Source of the DNA: a virus
Reading direction: 5' to 3' (one strand)
Length of the DNA: 64,000 nucleotides
Virus record (IMG/VR): IMGVR_UViG_3300027791_000015
Span: 5,908-69,907 of that record
The notes below the pieces were generated by a model. That model had not been told where the DNA came from. It saw only the letters and a program-made list of their open reading frames with translations, and did no database searches. The translations under genes and the position numbers were made by a program. Below are positions 63,530 through 64,000 of this stretch, piece after piece. Position 1 is the stretch's first letter; each line of letters opens with the position of its first letter.

Positions 63530-64000
63530 GATGTAAAAAAATATTGGTAACAGGCGGTGCAGGTTTTATTGGGAGTCATCTATGCGAAAGACTACATAAA
63601 GACGGGCATAGCGTCACCTCACTTGACAATTACTTCACTGGTTCAGAAAAAAACCACATCGATGGAGTTGATTATATCTATTCATCTACAACTGATATTC
63701 AATACGCTGTAGAAACAACGCCAGATATCGTATATCATTTAGGAGAATACTCAAGGGTTGAACAAAGCTTTGAAGATGTAAATACAGTTCACGAATATAA
63801 TACGCAAGGTACTTTTCAAGTATTAGAATTCATTAGAAAAACAGGTGCTAAGCTTATATACGCTGGAAGCAGTACAAAGTTCAGCGATAACGGTGCAGAC
63901 GCATCTCCTTATGCATTTACTAAAGCTCAAAACACACAGCTTGTTATGAACTATGGTAAGTGGTATGATATCAACTACGCAATAACGTATTTCTATAATG
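63526..64000 (+). CDS. NAD-dependent NDP-sugar epimerase/dehydratase, 3'-partial (absent from ORF track)
   Basis: KKILVTGGAGFIGSHLCERL (GxxGxxG), LDNYFTG, YAGSS, SPYAFTK (YxxxK); runs off the window. Confidence 0.92.
   Translation, partial: MRCKKILVTGGAGFIGSHLCERLHKDGHSVTSLDNYFTGSEKNHIDGVDYIYSSTTDIQYAVETTPDIVYHLGEYSRVEQSFEDVNTVHEYNTQGTFQVLEFIRKTGAKLIYAGSSTKFSDNGADASPYAFTKAQNTQLVMNYGKWYDINYAITYFYN

Noticed and set aside
1-64000. Interpretation as a bacterial chromosomal island, GTA or contractile injection system
   Set aside because: Complete head plus long tape measure module, no sheath, no housekeeping genes or integrase; consistent with a large phage, though prophage status cannot be judged from this window.

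Overview
An AT-rich segment of a large tailed dsDNA phage (Caudoviricetes). No tail sheath gene is seen, so the tail is probably long and non-contractile. The host is probably PVC/Verrucomicrobiota, inferred from a PEP-CTERM protein and a DUF4032-like gene. The core is a mostly minus-strand morphogenesis module (~4.5-51.4 kb): portal, prohead protease/scaffold, decoration protein, major capsid, head-tail joining genes, tail tube, 2073-aa tape measure, hub-like and tail-tip genes. A plus-strand block at 18.5-27.8 kb interrupts it. It is flanked by sugar-modification genes (two GT9-like, two nucleotidyltransferase-like, a sulfotransferase, an NDP-sugar epimerase), fibre genes and a PEP-CTERM/beta-barrel operon. 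The most notable signals are: (1) ~82 BspA-type LRR units in seven arrays across five genes, sharing near-identical DNA scaffolds but differing at surface codons, like a shuffled receptor repertoire; (2) a conserved TTTCWC-N16-TGTAAT promoter-like motif found 15 times, often placed to give leaderless mRNA, including one copy inside the protease gene that defines a nested scaffold; (3) a host-envelope-type operon under that promoter. Family names come from recalled motifs and synteny, not database searches. No rRNA, tRNA, CRISPR array, reverse transcriptase, integrase or terminase was recognised.
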